Program-made: the position numbers and the translations under genes
The notes under the pieces: generated by a model
What the model was told of the DNA's origin: nothing
The model's input: the letters and a program-made list of their open reading frames with translations, nothing else
The model's database searches: none
Part shown: piece by piece, positions 1 through 12,855 of the stretch
How the letters are laid out: each line of letters opens with the position of its first letter
Numbering within the stretch: the first letter of the stretch is position 1
Source of the DNA: Octopus vulgaris
Taxonomy: Eukaryota
Reading direction: 5' to 3'
Assembly (NCBI GenBank): GCA_951406725.2
Contig: OX597815.1
Coordinates: forward strand, 137,020,001-137,084,000
DNA: 64,000 nt

Positions 1-568
1 ATTGCTACCTAATTTTGTTTCTTCAAATATTCCGCGTGTGTTATAGAAAGTAGCACCAATCAATGCTGCTACTAAAATCACAAGCATCTTACATAATATC
101 CAAATTAACAAAACCTGTCTGATTAGCATGCTGTCATTCTCTAACTCATTCACTAACTTCAGACTGACACATGTCCTCGCTCTTAGGTTTTTCTGTCACT
201 ATTGAAATTCTCCTACCACCGCTATGTCAGATTCACCTGTCTCTTATTCCGACTAATATCTTGGAGGATAATGCTATTATTCTATTTTATATAATAATTT
301 CTTTACTATGATTGTCAGTCTACTGGTTATATTATATATCACTCCATTTATTAGTATGGTCTTGTATCATACATTTATTAGTATGGTCTTGTATAGATAA
401 TTTGCAATTTCATCTACATTCGAACAGGAAGCAGGTATTACTAATTACGTAGTGATTTATATATATATAAAGTTAATCCAAACAAGAAAGCACAAAAAAC
501 ACAACAACGCGAGGACGTGGAACAGATATAGTATTATTGGACGCTCAGGAAAGAAGGAAAGAAGGAGG

Positions 569-603
569 GTTTAACGTTTCGAGCGTAGCTCTTCGTCGGA
601 GAC
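569..603 (-). ncRNA. Minimal type I hammerhead-ribozyme-like motif, degenerate (PLE-type)
   Basis: Minus strand reads GTCT CCGACGA A GAGC-TAC-GCTC GAAA CG TT AAAC. It has a stem II hairpin, the GAAA box and a palindromic stem III (ACGT). The core shows U4>C and stem I has one mismatch. Confidence 0.55.
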
Positions 604-1317
604 ATAGGAGAAGGAAAGATCCAGAGAGCTAAGTTATATTCTGTTAAGAACGTGGAAGAGTACAGTATAAAGCTCGTCCACCTTCAGATTTCACCCTGTA
701 CTATCCAGTAGTAGTATTATACGTGCTTCTAGGTTTACGTTTGGGCTTCTGTCGTGTGTGAATAGGTAATTGAAAAAAATTGGAGTCAACAAGAAGGAGT
801 ACGGCTGAACATTTATTTTCAATCACAACAATTGTTTCTACGCAACGTAGTCCTCCAGGTGCGCAGGTACTTCATTATGCAACCGTTTCCCTTCTTTATG
901 AGATCTGGTTGTGTTTCCTCAGGCGATATATAAATATTGTCTCCGTAAATTCAAATTCTCGGCATCAAGAATATCCTCTCTGTCTGTCGTGGCCTGGAGT
1001 TAGTAGTAGTCACTGAGTTTATCAAAAATGTGTTGCTGAAGGATCGTTGGCAAGCTGCTTTGAACGTGTAGATATGGTTGTATGGTGATTCTGCTACTGT
1101 TAAAGTGGTTACCGTTTTAAAGGGATTGGCATTTGATTTCTGTGTACTGTTGATTTGTTCTTCATTGTTGGTTACACATGCGATTAACCTTAACTGACCC
1201 TTAAGAATCAGCCCATACATACACATACATGATCGTTCACTTAGATATCTATTATATATACACACACACGCACATACACGCGCGCACGCACACGCACACG
1301 CATGTATGTATGTATGT

Positions 1318-1357
<40 letters not shown>

Positions 1358-1641
1358 CAAATTAATAATAGACGGGTAAGATTTATTAATCAAATTAATT
1401 AATTAATAATGTTACCAAGTAGATCAGCACGTTAAAATAACCTTTATAGATAAAATTATACAAATATTCTGTAATTATAAACATAATTATAATTAGGGGC
1501 CAGCTAATTGCTTCACCACATACCGAATTTAGAAATAGGAGTCAAATGTCTTTTTCTGCTACTACAAGAATCTCCATGATGGTAAACATACTTTTTTACG
1601 AAGGCAAAGAGAAAAACAATGAATCAAAACGATCAGGATTA

Positions 1642-1704
1642 ATTATATACGCGTTTCGAGATTAAAGTGATTTAAATTTTACTTACTTCTCTCTTCAGTA
1701 TAAT
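1642..1704 (-). ncRNA. Minimal type I hammerhead ribozyme motif, core intact
   Basis: Minus strand reads ATTATA CTGAAGA GAGA-(26 nt)-TCTC GAAA CGCG TA TATAAT. This gives a 6-bp stem I, canonical CUGANGA and GAAA, a palindromic stem III (ACGCGT) and a GUA cleavage triplet. Confidence 0.75.
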
Positions 1705-1989
1705 ATTTCCAATTTATAAAATGTGAAAGTTCTAGGGCTAAATATGCACACACTCAAGCGTCATCATGCAACAGATATCCAACCAACACTTCCAAAATTT
1801 ACAAGGCCGAATGTGAATACACTATTCGAACTCTATACCTACGTATATATATATATATATATATATACTTGTACATGTTTGGATTAACTATACATAAAGT
1901 GAAAGTTTACGAAAATAAACAAAAGACGAAGACAGATGTTTAAACAACAAGCAAGTGTATTAGTTTGGCACTCGGGAGGGCGAGAAAGT

Positions 1990-2025
1990 CTTTTACATTT
2001 CGAGCCTACGCTCTTCAACAGAAAG
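1990..2025 (-). ncRNA. Hammerhead-like motif with core variant (CUGUUGA), degenerate
   Basis: Minus strand reads CTTT CTGTTGA A GAGC-GTAG-GCTC GAAA TG TA AAAG. Stems I and II pair, the core has A6>U, and the stem III palindrome is broken (ATGT). Confidence 0.5.
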
Positions 2026-2756
2026 GAATACGAGGAAATAAACAGAGAGAATAAAAATCAAAAAGTTTTGGAGTTAGCACTCGAGAGAGAGCTGATCCCA
2101 ATACTAAAAATAGTCCTTACAAGACCACGCATTTTTGCTAGCTACGTAGACTGAGGCAACGTAAAAAGAAGTGTTTTTGCTCAAGAACACAAAATGAAGT
2201 TTACTAATTGTTAACGTTTAAGTCTTGTACAATATTCACATATTTCTATGCGCATGTATAGCACGCACACACACACACCTATACATGTGAGTGTGTGCGT
2301 TTATGCATGTGTTATTCTTTAACAAGAATAGTATCAACAGTGACTTCGAAGTTAAGCCATCATAGGACTGTGATAGCTTTAAGTTCATCTTTATATAGTC
2401 TTTGTTAATTTAAAATTTTCTAGAGCATATTGTTTATTTAGACAGATAGACAGATTGATTGATGGATAGATTGATGGAGCTGATCCCAATATTAAAAATA
2501 GTCCTTACAAGGACACTCATTTTTGCCAGTTGTGTAGACTGGAGCAATGTAAAATTGAAGTGTTTTGCTTAAGAACGCAACGTATCGCCTGATTCATGAA
2601 TTGGAACTATAATCTTACGGTCATTTGTGCAGCACCTTAACCACTAGTCACGTACATACCCTATACATATATATTTTTCTGTTCGTGTACGTGAGCGCAT
2701 ATAAATGTATATATATATATATACTTTATTTTAAGCAGCAGAAAATTCAACAAAAT

Positions 2757-2794
2757 CTGTTACTCTGAGTTTCTCGTTGCCGTTCATCAGACAG
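2757..2794 (-). ncRNA. Minimal hammerhead-ribozyme-like motif downstream of a PLE endonuclease fragment
   Basis: Minus strand reads CTGT CTGATGA ACG-GCAA-CGA GAAA CTCAGAG TA ACAG. The core is canonical, stem I is CTGT/ACAG, stem III is near-palindromic, and there is one mismatch at the base of stem II. Confidence 0.65.
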
Positions 2795-3824
2795 TTTTTG
2801 CTAGAATGGAACATATATATTAATTCAATCTATACTCTTACAAACGCTACACCTTTAAAAAGAAATGGACTTGTTTGATTGGCCCTTTAGAAAAAACGGT
2901 CAATCTTCGAGCGATAAACAAAAAGGTCAAAAATATATGTATATATATATAAAAAACTTATAAAATTATAAAATCCGAGGAAAAAACCGAGGAAAAAACC
3001 TATTGCCGTTAATGAAGACAGTACAAATTAATGCATAGAAATTAAACCTGTTATAAATACTGCAATACATATTTATATTAAAATCCACATATATATATCA
3101 ACATACACAAAAGGATGCGCGTAAACGCCATACATACATATACAGACGTATGAATATGAATCTAAATTATACACATAAAAGCATGTGTACATATATTCAC
3201 GCAAACCGTCTCGCACGCAAGCTAAAATTCATCTATGTAGCAATTCTCATATACTGAGCAAGGAGGGGGAACGAAAGAAAGGGAAAGAGAGAAAAAAGAG
3301 AAACGAAGGAGGGGTGGGGAAAACTTGTAGCGATATTATTGACATCTATAGAGGCCAGTATACATACACAAGTTTGAATTGATACATATACATACCGTCG
3401 TGTGTATGCGTGCTTAAGCACAAGCATACTTTCACTTACACATACACAGATACGCATGCTTACAAATATATATGCTTTGCTATATACAAACTTATATAAA
3501 CATTCTAAATTTGACAACATTGCTTTTTTTAAAAAAAACATTGCTTTTAAAAAAATGGGTGCATTAATAAAAATATATACAAAAGACATATAAAATAAAA
3601 TATAACATCCTATTTTGGGTCATTTATAAATAATCAAGGTAATATAAATAATCAAGGTAATCTTATGCAATACAATAACATGAAAACAAAGTTTGTAGGT
3701 TTTTCCTAATATATATGTAGAAACAATAAGGCTTTGCTATAGTTCCGTCGTAGCGCTCAAGAGTCAAAATCAAAATCAAAAAATCAAAATACAAAATATA
3801 TACTCTATCCATATGGTATATTTA

Positions 3825-4113
3825 TATTCGACATTTTAAATTTAGCCGTGTGCCTACATAAGTTCATTAATTCACTTCTTTGATTCAAAGAATTATTGTC
3901 TTTGAATAATATATATTTTTTCTAATAAGCAGAGCCTGCACTTGAAATTATATTTGTAAGCTCCATGCCTGTATGGTGCCGCCCTGTCCAGAATGCTCCA
4001 TGTCACGTTGAAAGGTGGGGCTTCCTTTTCTTTTTAGTTCCCAGACATATTTTGCTAGGCTGGTTTTCTTTCTGTTCTCTGGGTATTTAAAAGAATTCTT
4101 ATGAGAATAAAAT
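3825..4113 (-). mobile_element. Penelope-like element, GIY-YIG endonuclease C-terminal fragment (frameshifted)
   Basis: Translation across two frameshifts gives HKNSFKYPENRKKTSLAKYVWELK / VTWSILDRAAPY...CRLCLLEK / NNSLNQRSELMNLCRHTAKF, the typical PLE endonuclease tail. It is 5'-truncated at a (TA)n run. Confidence 0.8.
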
Positions 4114-4149
4114 CTTATATATATATATATATATATGAGTGCATATATA

Positions 4150-4206
<57 letters not shown>

Positions 4207-4718
4207 ATAGATAAACACGCGTATAAATATATATTGTATGCACATGTATACAGTTTGTGTGTGCCCGCGTGTGTATGTGTATCAGTGGATACGAATTTGC
4301 TAAAACTGACAGTTAATGTCGTAGATGCCTTCTAACAATAAAAGATAATGAGTGAGAGAGAGAGAGAGAGAGGCAAAGGCAGAGCGAAAGAAAGAACAAG
4401 AGAGAAAGAAAGACGTAACACTTTGATAGGCAGATTAATAACGGAAATAAAATATGGATGCGTATAAACGCACAACTATATATAAGGATATGTACAGGCA
4501 TACCTACATGCACACTCACACACACACACATACACACATGCATATATATATGTATGTAGATACATGTGTGTGTATATATATATAGATATATATATATACA
4601 TACCAAAATTACGTGTGAGTATACATATGTATACATAATCTATATGTACGACTGGTAGCTTCAGTATATCCTTATCATATACTTGTGTGTGTGTGTGTAT
4701 GTGTATGTGTGTGTGTGT

Positions 4719-4768
<50 letters not shown>

Positions 4769-5479
4769 TGTGTGTGTATGATTGTATATTTTTGAGAATG
4801 TATCAGTTTTTTGATAGATTATTTTAGTCTGTGAATATCTACAGAATATCAACCGCGTTCCTTCGAAGCTGCTTCTTTTTTTTTTTTTTTTATCATTCAA
4901 AAACGTTTCTAAAACTTTTGGGAAGATGCTACCTTAGACAATTTCGAAATCTTCGGAATGACAATAACTTAATAATTTTTTTTTTATAGCAATTTTGCAT
5001 CCTTCTGATTTTATTGCTTGTTGGTTATTGTTGTTGTTGTTGTTATTTATAATATATTGTTGTTATTTTTATATTATTTTCATGTTGCTTGTATCGCTTT
5101 GCTTCAGCTTCTGTTTGTTAGTAAGACTCCTCTTCCACATTAGCCATCCTGTTTTAATTGCATTCACTTCTACTTGTGGTTCGTAACTTCGGTTGTCATT
5201 TAATTGTAGGTGAGCTTTAATTTTGTTAACTGCCTTCACTCACTTTGTCAAGTCGTCTGAAACACATATTTTTGTGTATGCATATACGTGCACATTATGC
5301 GTGCGTGCGTATGCATGTATGTACGGACGTATGTATGTCTATGTTAGTATTTATGTGTGTAGGTAGAGATACATGTGTGTATGCTCGCGTGTATTTGTTT
5401 GTATATATATATATATATACACATGTTTACATATATACATAACAGACGTATATATATATATGTATGTATATATATGTGC

Positions 5480-5522
<43 letters not shown>

Positions 5523-5621
5523 TATTTACACACATATATACATACACGCTTGTGTAAACATTATATATGAATATATAATAGATGCATATAAATATATATA
5601 TATGTATATATATGCGCACAC

Positions 5622-5671
<50 letters not shown>

Positions 5672-6017
5672 TATGTATATATGCACATACATAGAGAGGG
5701 ATGATAAGAGAGGGGTAAGGATGACAGAGGAAAGAGATACAGAAATAGTGGAAGTTAAAAAGAAGACCTGTTAATGCCACAAGATCGAAATGAAGATAAT
5801 TTATTCAATTATAAAGAGGGATAAAAATGTCAATTCCTCATCGCTATTCTTTATGCTTTTTTCTCTTTTTGTTGTTCAGTATAGTTCTGCTTCATTTTCT
5901 TTTATCATTCAAGTAGTTTGAGCTGTTTGTTTTGTGATATTGTTGTGATCTAGCTCATTTACCGGATTTTAAATACTTGTTAACAAGTAAACGCATGTTG
6001 TATCTACATCTTGTTGG

Positions 6018-6109
6018 GATCTGTGTATGATACGTTGCGTATATTTTGAGATCTGTGTATGATGCGTTGCGTATATTTTGAGATCTGTGTATGATACGTT
6101 GCGTATATT
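6018..6109. repeat. 32-bp minisatellite, about 2.9 copies
   Basis: Unit GATCTGTGTATGATACGTTGCGTATATTTTGA starts at 6018, 6050 and 6082. Confidence 0.9.
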
Positions 6110-6628
6110 ATATAATGTATAACCTTATATAATGGAACTTGAGGGTTGTGCATTCGCAGAATTGCTAAGGGATTGTAAAAACGTAGTTTGCAGTATGTTC
6201 TGGCGCGTTCCTTACTGAAATCTGCCCCACGTATGTCGTCATAACCTTTCATCCTGCTGGCGTAGATAAAATTAGACTAAACTCAATTAGTGAAGTTGAT
6301 GCTATAGTTTAATCTCTAACCTCAAAGTCATATTCGCAATATTATGAAATATGTATTATGATACTGTTAGGTATGAGTATACATAAGAGATATATCATAT
6401 TACGTCTCCAAGGTTATACGTTTGCAATCCTAGTGCAGCCCTTGGTGAAACCGACAATGATGCATTTTTGTGGAAGATATTTTATATGTGATCAGCAGTC
6501 GCCCCAAAATATCATCAACGTATTACCTCCCAATGCGCATGATGTCGCAAAATAGTATGCAATGCTATCTGAAAAAATACAGTCTTAGATACATTTAGAG
6601 AATTCCTCTATTACTTAATACATAAATA

Positions 6629-7050
6629 GGTGCAGGCGTAGCTGCGTAGTAAGAAATTTGCTTCCTAACCACATGGCTCCGCATTCAATCCCACTGCGTG
6701 GCATCTTGTCAAGTGTCTTCTACTATAGCCTCGGTCCAGCCAAAGCATTGTGGCTGGATTTGGTTGGTGGAAACTGAAAGAAGCCCGTCGTATATATTTA
6801 TGTATGAGTGTAGGTGCGTGTGTGTCTGTGTAGGTGTGTATTGTTGTCTGCTCCGCCACCCCCGCTTCACAACCGGTGTTAGTGCGTTTACATCCTTGTA
6901 ACCTAGCGGTTCGGTAAAATCGGCCGATAAAATATGTACCAGGCTTTAAAATATAAGTATTGGGGTCGATACATTCGACTAAGATTTCTTCAAGCCGGTA
7001 CCCCAGTATGACCACTGTCTAGTGACTGAAACAATTGAAAGATATAAAAA
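6629..7050 (+). mobile_element. tRNA-derived SINE (family B), near full length
   Basis: Head GGTGCAGGCGTAGCTGCGTAGTAAG...GCATTCAATCCC and a tail ...CCCCAGTATGACCACTGTCTAGTGACTGAAAC. Homologous copies lie at about 14963-15115, 19390-19588(-), 34117-34272, 48593-49010 and 62940-63210(-). Confidence 0.75.
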
Positions 7051-7059
7051 ATAAACATC

Positions 7060-7440
7060 ATCACAAGGAATATTGGCGGAACATTCCCATCAAAACGTCT
7101 ACCAAGTACAAATATAAAACGTCTACCAAGTACAAATATAAAACGTCTGTTTGAGACAGATGAGAAAATGTATGTATGATCCTAGATGTCAGCTGCTCCG
7201 TTGATGTGAATACCTCTTCGAAATCCAAAGGGAGAGAGTGTAACAACTGACAAACACTCCAAAACATTCAGATTCAATACCAAGATTATGAATTCACATT
7301 TATATAAATAATAATTAATTTATAGTAAATGCCTAAGTGATAATTTGGAAAACTTGGGTTTTCAGAAAAAGCAATCAATCAGCTAACACGCTCATACAAT
7401 AAAATATGCAAGACTTCTTTCAAATTCAATATGTTACCTT
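7060..7440 (+). mobile_element. Decayed 3' fragment of an RLE-type non-LTR retrotransposon
   Basis: Degraded translation gives DVSCSVDVN...QIQYQDYEFTFI...LENLGFS...ICKT. It matches the fragments at 51230-51700 and 56853-56980. Confidence 0.5.
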
Positions 7441-9877
7441 GTTTTTTCTCCTACGTTTCAATGATAGGGATTTTTAAATTCGCCAGAAGCCAGCTCCTTC
7501 TTTACAAGAAGCCTGCAAAGACTTAAACATAGAAGAGAACGCATATGGTGGGCTTCTAGATGATTTACCTGCAGGTATTTTCACAAGATACTTGACAGCT
7601 CGTAGCTGCAGCAAAATGCACTTACCCAGAACATCACCCAGTATGATCGAACAATATGCTTGCAGCTCGACAAATGCAGGGAAAATAAAAGCTCTTGGAT
7701 ACGGATAAGGAGATTAGGAAGAACGAATGAGAAAACAGAACCAGACCAGCAGACGGCAAAGATGAGAAGGCTCTTTTGCAGCTCTAGAAAGGAAGATAAA
7801 GCGTTCAAACATCAAGTTTGTGTTCTAGAGATTAAAATGAGTTACCGAGAGATTTCGTGACTGGTTGGATAGTTTTCGTGGGATGTGAACTGTAATACAC
7901 GTAGGAGAACGGGTTGAAAAAGTAAATCCGTTATATATATGGGCATGATACTTCATTTTGGATCTGATGTGAACTTTGTTGTCGTTTGAAACTTTCTGGG
8001 ATTGAAGGATTTACTGGTAAGCAGAAGACAGGCAATCTTTCTAATAAAATTTCGGATTTGTTATTATTTTAGGTAACAGGAAAAACCTTTACTAATAGTG
8101 AAGCCTATAATTTGAAGAAACGATGAATGGTTTAGTTGAATGATATTCAGTTTTTAGTGTGAACGATGAATGTACAAATGAAAATGTAAGAAAAAAAAAC
8201 AAGAACAGAAATGAGAGTATCAGCAAGAAGAGTTGAGATATATAGTAATTCAGACATTCCATGTCGCAGACGAAGTCTTTCAAATCATCATTGATTATTT
8301 TGTTAAGATCGTGTATTGAAGCATCTGTAATTTATATTCACATACATCGCATCTGTAATTCGCTTTAAAGTTTCACCTTGTGCTACAAATACACACAAAC
8401 ATTCCCCTATGAACGTTGCAGAGGGTAATGTGTGTAGGTGTGTGCATGCTTCTGCATCAACGTCTATAACTATGTGCATATACGATGAGATAGAGGAAGC
8501 AGGAGTAGATGCAAAGAAAGATTAATGCTACGTGCGTTTGTATGTCTGTTTACATAACCACTAGACACACATAATATATATGAGTGTGTGTGTGTCTGTG
8601 TATGTGTAGACATGTATTTATATGTACATATGTATATAAGAATATACATGCTTATGTGTAGATGGACAGATACATACATACATATACAAGTCGTTATGTA
8701 CATTGCCTTTATACATATGTATATATGTGTGTGTCTGTGTGTGTGTCAGAGAGTGAGTGTATCTGCGTATGCGTATGTGAGTGCGCACAAATGTGTGTGT
8801 GTGTATGTATATATTTAACACTATGTAAATCGCAACCGTGATTTCTGTTCACAATGCTATAGAACACTTCAATCGTTTTAGGAACTAAACAAAATAAACT
8901 TTCAGATGTAAAATAACATGATGTAAATTACACAGCTACGTCTTTCTACATGCATGAAAACCTTAAATACAATTCAGTGAGATGGAGACCTTTTAGTATG
9001 GAAACAGCGATAATGATTTCTTGCAAAGCTGTTGACACGATTCCTAATAAAAGACATAACAGTGTTGTTAAGAAATTCGCTTTGAAACTACATGGTTAAC
9101 GACCTTGGTCTACTACCTGGTACCTTAATTCTCCTATTGAGCAAAGATGTGTGAGTTATTTTCATTTACATGGAATTTATATGAAGCTATTAGTATTTGC
9201 TATCTATATTAATTTTGTTTAATTATTGTTAATTTTTTTACTATTATTGGTATCAATAATAGTCATTATTTTAATTTATATTTTTAGTATCAATAATAGT
9301 TATTAGTAGGAGTAAAGAAAAAATCTTATTTATATCCACAGTTCTAAAAGCAAATGTGCTATAGACACATTACACGAAAGCAAGATCACTCATCACACAA
9401 TAGGGACAGCTGACCCAGGGATAAAAATATAACTCAATAAACAAAACTAATATTCCCTTACTTGAAGATGAATATAATCAAATTTCAAAAAGTGAACGAA
9501 CAGAAAGAAAGAAATCCGGAATATGAGTTTCACTCATGGTAACTACTGCAATATAATTTGAACGTTCACGTTCAAGTGGGAATAAATGTTACCTCTCTGT
9601 AATTACAAACTGGTTATGATATACAGTGGGCACGAACGTGTCAAGGAAACTGAAACGAAGGTATTATTAATGTAATAAGAAATAAACGAAGATTTGATGT
9701 AACAATCGTCTGTACCTGGTTGGTTACAATGGCACTTGGCTGACAATTAAAGATATATGTATGTTTGTGTGTTAGGTTATTTGCGTATGTGACGTTGTAT
9801 GTGTGTGAGTATGTGTGGACATATGCATATATAGATATAAACATACAAATACAATCACACGCATACACACACACACG

Positions 9878-9937
<60 letters not shown>

Positions 9938-10444
9938 CACATACATATATTTTTTTTTGGTTTCAGGTCAGAGCTGCGGCCATGCTGAGGCACCGCCGTT
10001 TTGCAAAAAGTGTTGTTATAGAGTGCCTCTTCTAATGTGGCATTTGATATATATATATATACATGCACTCACACATGCAGACATGTAAGTGTGTATATAT
10101 TGATATCAAATTTTGAAACAAAGCCAACAATTTCAAGGCAGATGGAAATCGATCCCATGGAACCCAGTACCCATGTAGTTCTTATTCTATTACCCACGAA
10201 AAAATAAAAGCCAAAGTCGACCTCGATGGAATTTGAACTCAGAAGGTAACGACGGACGAAATGCAGTTAAGCATATCGCCCGGTAATGTTCCTACCAGTT
10301 CGCTGCCTTATATATCTGTAAATATTGTTTGTTCTATGTCAATTTATAACAGAAACAATTTAACATTAAACTGAAAAAATATACAATACAGTAGAATCGA
10401 TAAGGTTTAATAAGATTGTAGCAAAAGAGAATATTCTTTTCTCC

Positions 10445-10810
10445 TCTGGGCACGAGGCATGAAATTTTTTGGGAGGGGTGGCAGTCGATTATATCGACCA
10501 CAAAACGCAACTGGTACTTAATTTATCGACCCCGAAAGGATGAAAGACGAAGTCGACCTCGGCGGAATTTGAACTCAGAACTTAAAGGCAGGCGAAATAT
10601 CTATTTCTTTACTACCCACAAGGGGCTAAACACAGAGGAGACAAACAAGGACAGACAGACGGATTAAGTCGATTATATCGACCTCAGTGCGTAACTGGTA
10701 CTTAATTCATCGACCCCGAAAGGATGAAAAGCAAAGTCGACCTCGGCGGAATTTGAACTCAGAACGTAACGGCAAACGAAATACCGGTAAGCATCTCGCC
10801 CGGTGTGCTA
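10445..10810 (-). mobile_element. Nin/Inv-domain-type SINE (family C), tandem dimer
   Basis: Two repeats of GTTCTGAGTTCAAATTCCGCCGAGGTCGAC...TTCATCCTTTCGGGGTCGAT. More than ten further copies occur in the window, for example near 10110, 19820, 22025, 23470, 52000, 52950 and 58780. Confidence 0.75.
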
Positions 10811-11364
10811 AAGCTGACTTGCGCAAGAGAATATTAAATAAAAGTGAGACTTGTTTTTGTCGTTGTTGTTGCTGTTGCTGCTACTGCTGCTGCCCCGAAC
10901 ATACAGAATTGTTAGTCCATCAGAGAGAATGTCTCACAGTATTTCTGTCACTTCTTCATGTTCACTGGTACAAATCCAAGAGAGGTCAATTTTGCTTCGC
11001 ATCGTATCGGAGCCGATAAAATGAAAATGCCGGTCAAGTATTTGGGTCGATAGGATCGAGGAACTTTTCCCGATTTCACTTTTGCTTCTCATACTTTTCT
11101 CTCGTTAAAATAAAGTACCAGTCAAGTTCTGAGGCCGATGTAATCGACTAATTCCTAAAATTGAAATTAATTTGAAACTAAGACGATGAACTTACAGAAG
11201 CGTTAGCATGTCGGACAAATTGATTAGAGGCATTTCTTTCGATTCGATTCTTTAAGTTCCGTGTTCAAATCTCACTGAAAACAATTTTGACTATTTTTTT
11301 CTTTTTCAGCACAGTAACATATAGTGCCATTTATGTACTGTGGTGATATAACTGAATTGCTTCC

Positions 11365-11700
11365 TTCCCTAAAAGTCTCAATATTAGTTTCTTCCATCGT
11401 CTTAGATACCTGTCTTGGTGTTGAACCAACTGCATCAATTACCACGGGAACCATTGTTTCATAATTACTTCATCTTTCTGGTCAGACCGGATATTTCTCA
11501 CATATTTAGGGTATCCACTCTGGTATCATGGGTATTGCAAATGCAATGATCATACATTTATTTGTACCCTACAATCATATCTGTTTTCTAGCGTCAATAG
11601 TATGGTCAGTCTTTATTTGGAACGACATAAAACCTGTATTCATTATTTTCCATCATAACCTCTGGCTCGTGTTCATGCCATTTTTTATTTTGAAGCTTCA
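11365..11700 (-). mobile_element. RLE-type (R4/Dong-like) non-LTR retrotransposon fragment
   Basis: Minus-strand remnants read WHEHEPEVMMEN...KTDMIV...VPVVIDAVGSTP (restriction-like endonuclease region). The fragment abuts a (TAA)n array at 11701-11765. Confidence 0.6.
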
Positions 11701-11715
11701 TTATTATTATTATTA

Positions 11716-11765
<50 letters not shown>

Positions 11766-12823
11766 CATTATTGTTGATATTTTTGTTGTTACTGTTGTTG
11801 CGTTTGTTATGTTTATTATGCTTATTATTGTTATTACTTTGCATAACTTCCATAATGGATTTCACTCAAATTATGCTAATATTTGCCTTCACTGAAATAT
11901 TAACATAATTTCAATATTCAGAAAGGAGTAAATAAACGTAAGTAAGACTATACTAGAATGTATGGACGGAAATAAATATGGAAGAAAAATAATTTATATT
12001 TATTTCACCATAAAATTAACTCATTCGAGTTAAACCATGGGGAACAAATATATTTTAATATTAGAAAACATTATTTACTGTCTTACAGTCATATTTTATA
12101 TAATGTTGTTTATATTCTGACTTCGTAAAATAGAAAATCATTAGTTAAATGCTATTTTATGTCATACTTTATGCCTGATATTAGAACAAGAATTTTTTGA
12201 TATGTTTTGTTTTTGAATTTTATTACCCGTATTTAAAATAAATTGGGCTGGTTTTATTTTTAAAATTTGAAGTATATTATCAACCGAATCCAATAAAACC
12301 CGTGCACTTTGAATATTTTAGCAAAGCTTCATTGCTTATCAATGGAAATCCGCCATTTTAAGGTAGTTAATTTATATATCGAAATATCGATTAATATTTA
12401 ACACTGTATTGCGAGCGAACATTTGTTCATAATATATATCATTTATGTGATATAAGCAGTATTGGTTTTACGGATGATGTTTAAAATGTTATTGCAGCAC
12501 TTACTGCATTTTTGTTGGTGTATTTGTTGTGTTGTCATTTCTGATATTTCTTGTTGTTCATGTTGACAGGAAATTTATATTGTGGTTACTAATTTAAAGA
12601 CAAAAAGATTCGAATTAAATTGCTATCTACCAAATGATACTACTTTGACACAGGCCAATATGAATACACACACAATCACACTTATGGATATACGTATACA
12701 TATAGACAAACATCCATGTATATATATATGCAAACACACTCACATACATACATGCATACATACATACATACATACATACATACATACATAATACATACAT
12801 ACATACATACATACATACATACA

Positions 12824-12855
<32 letters not shown>

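Noticed and set aside
815-885. Possible further hammerhead on the minus strand (GAAA CAATTG TT with an upstream stem)
   Set aside because: The 5' core reads ATAATGA and stem I is weak, so it is too degenerate to call.
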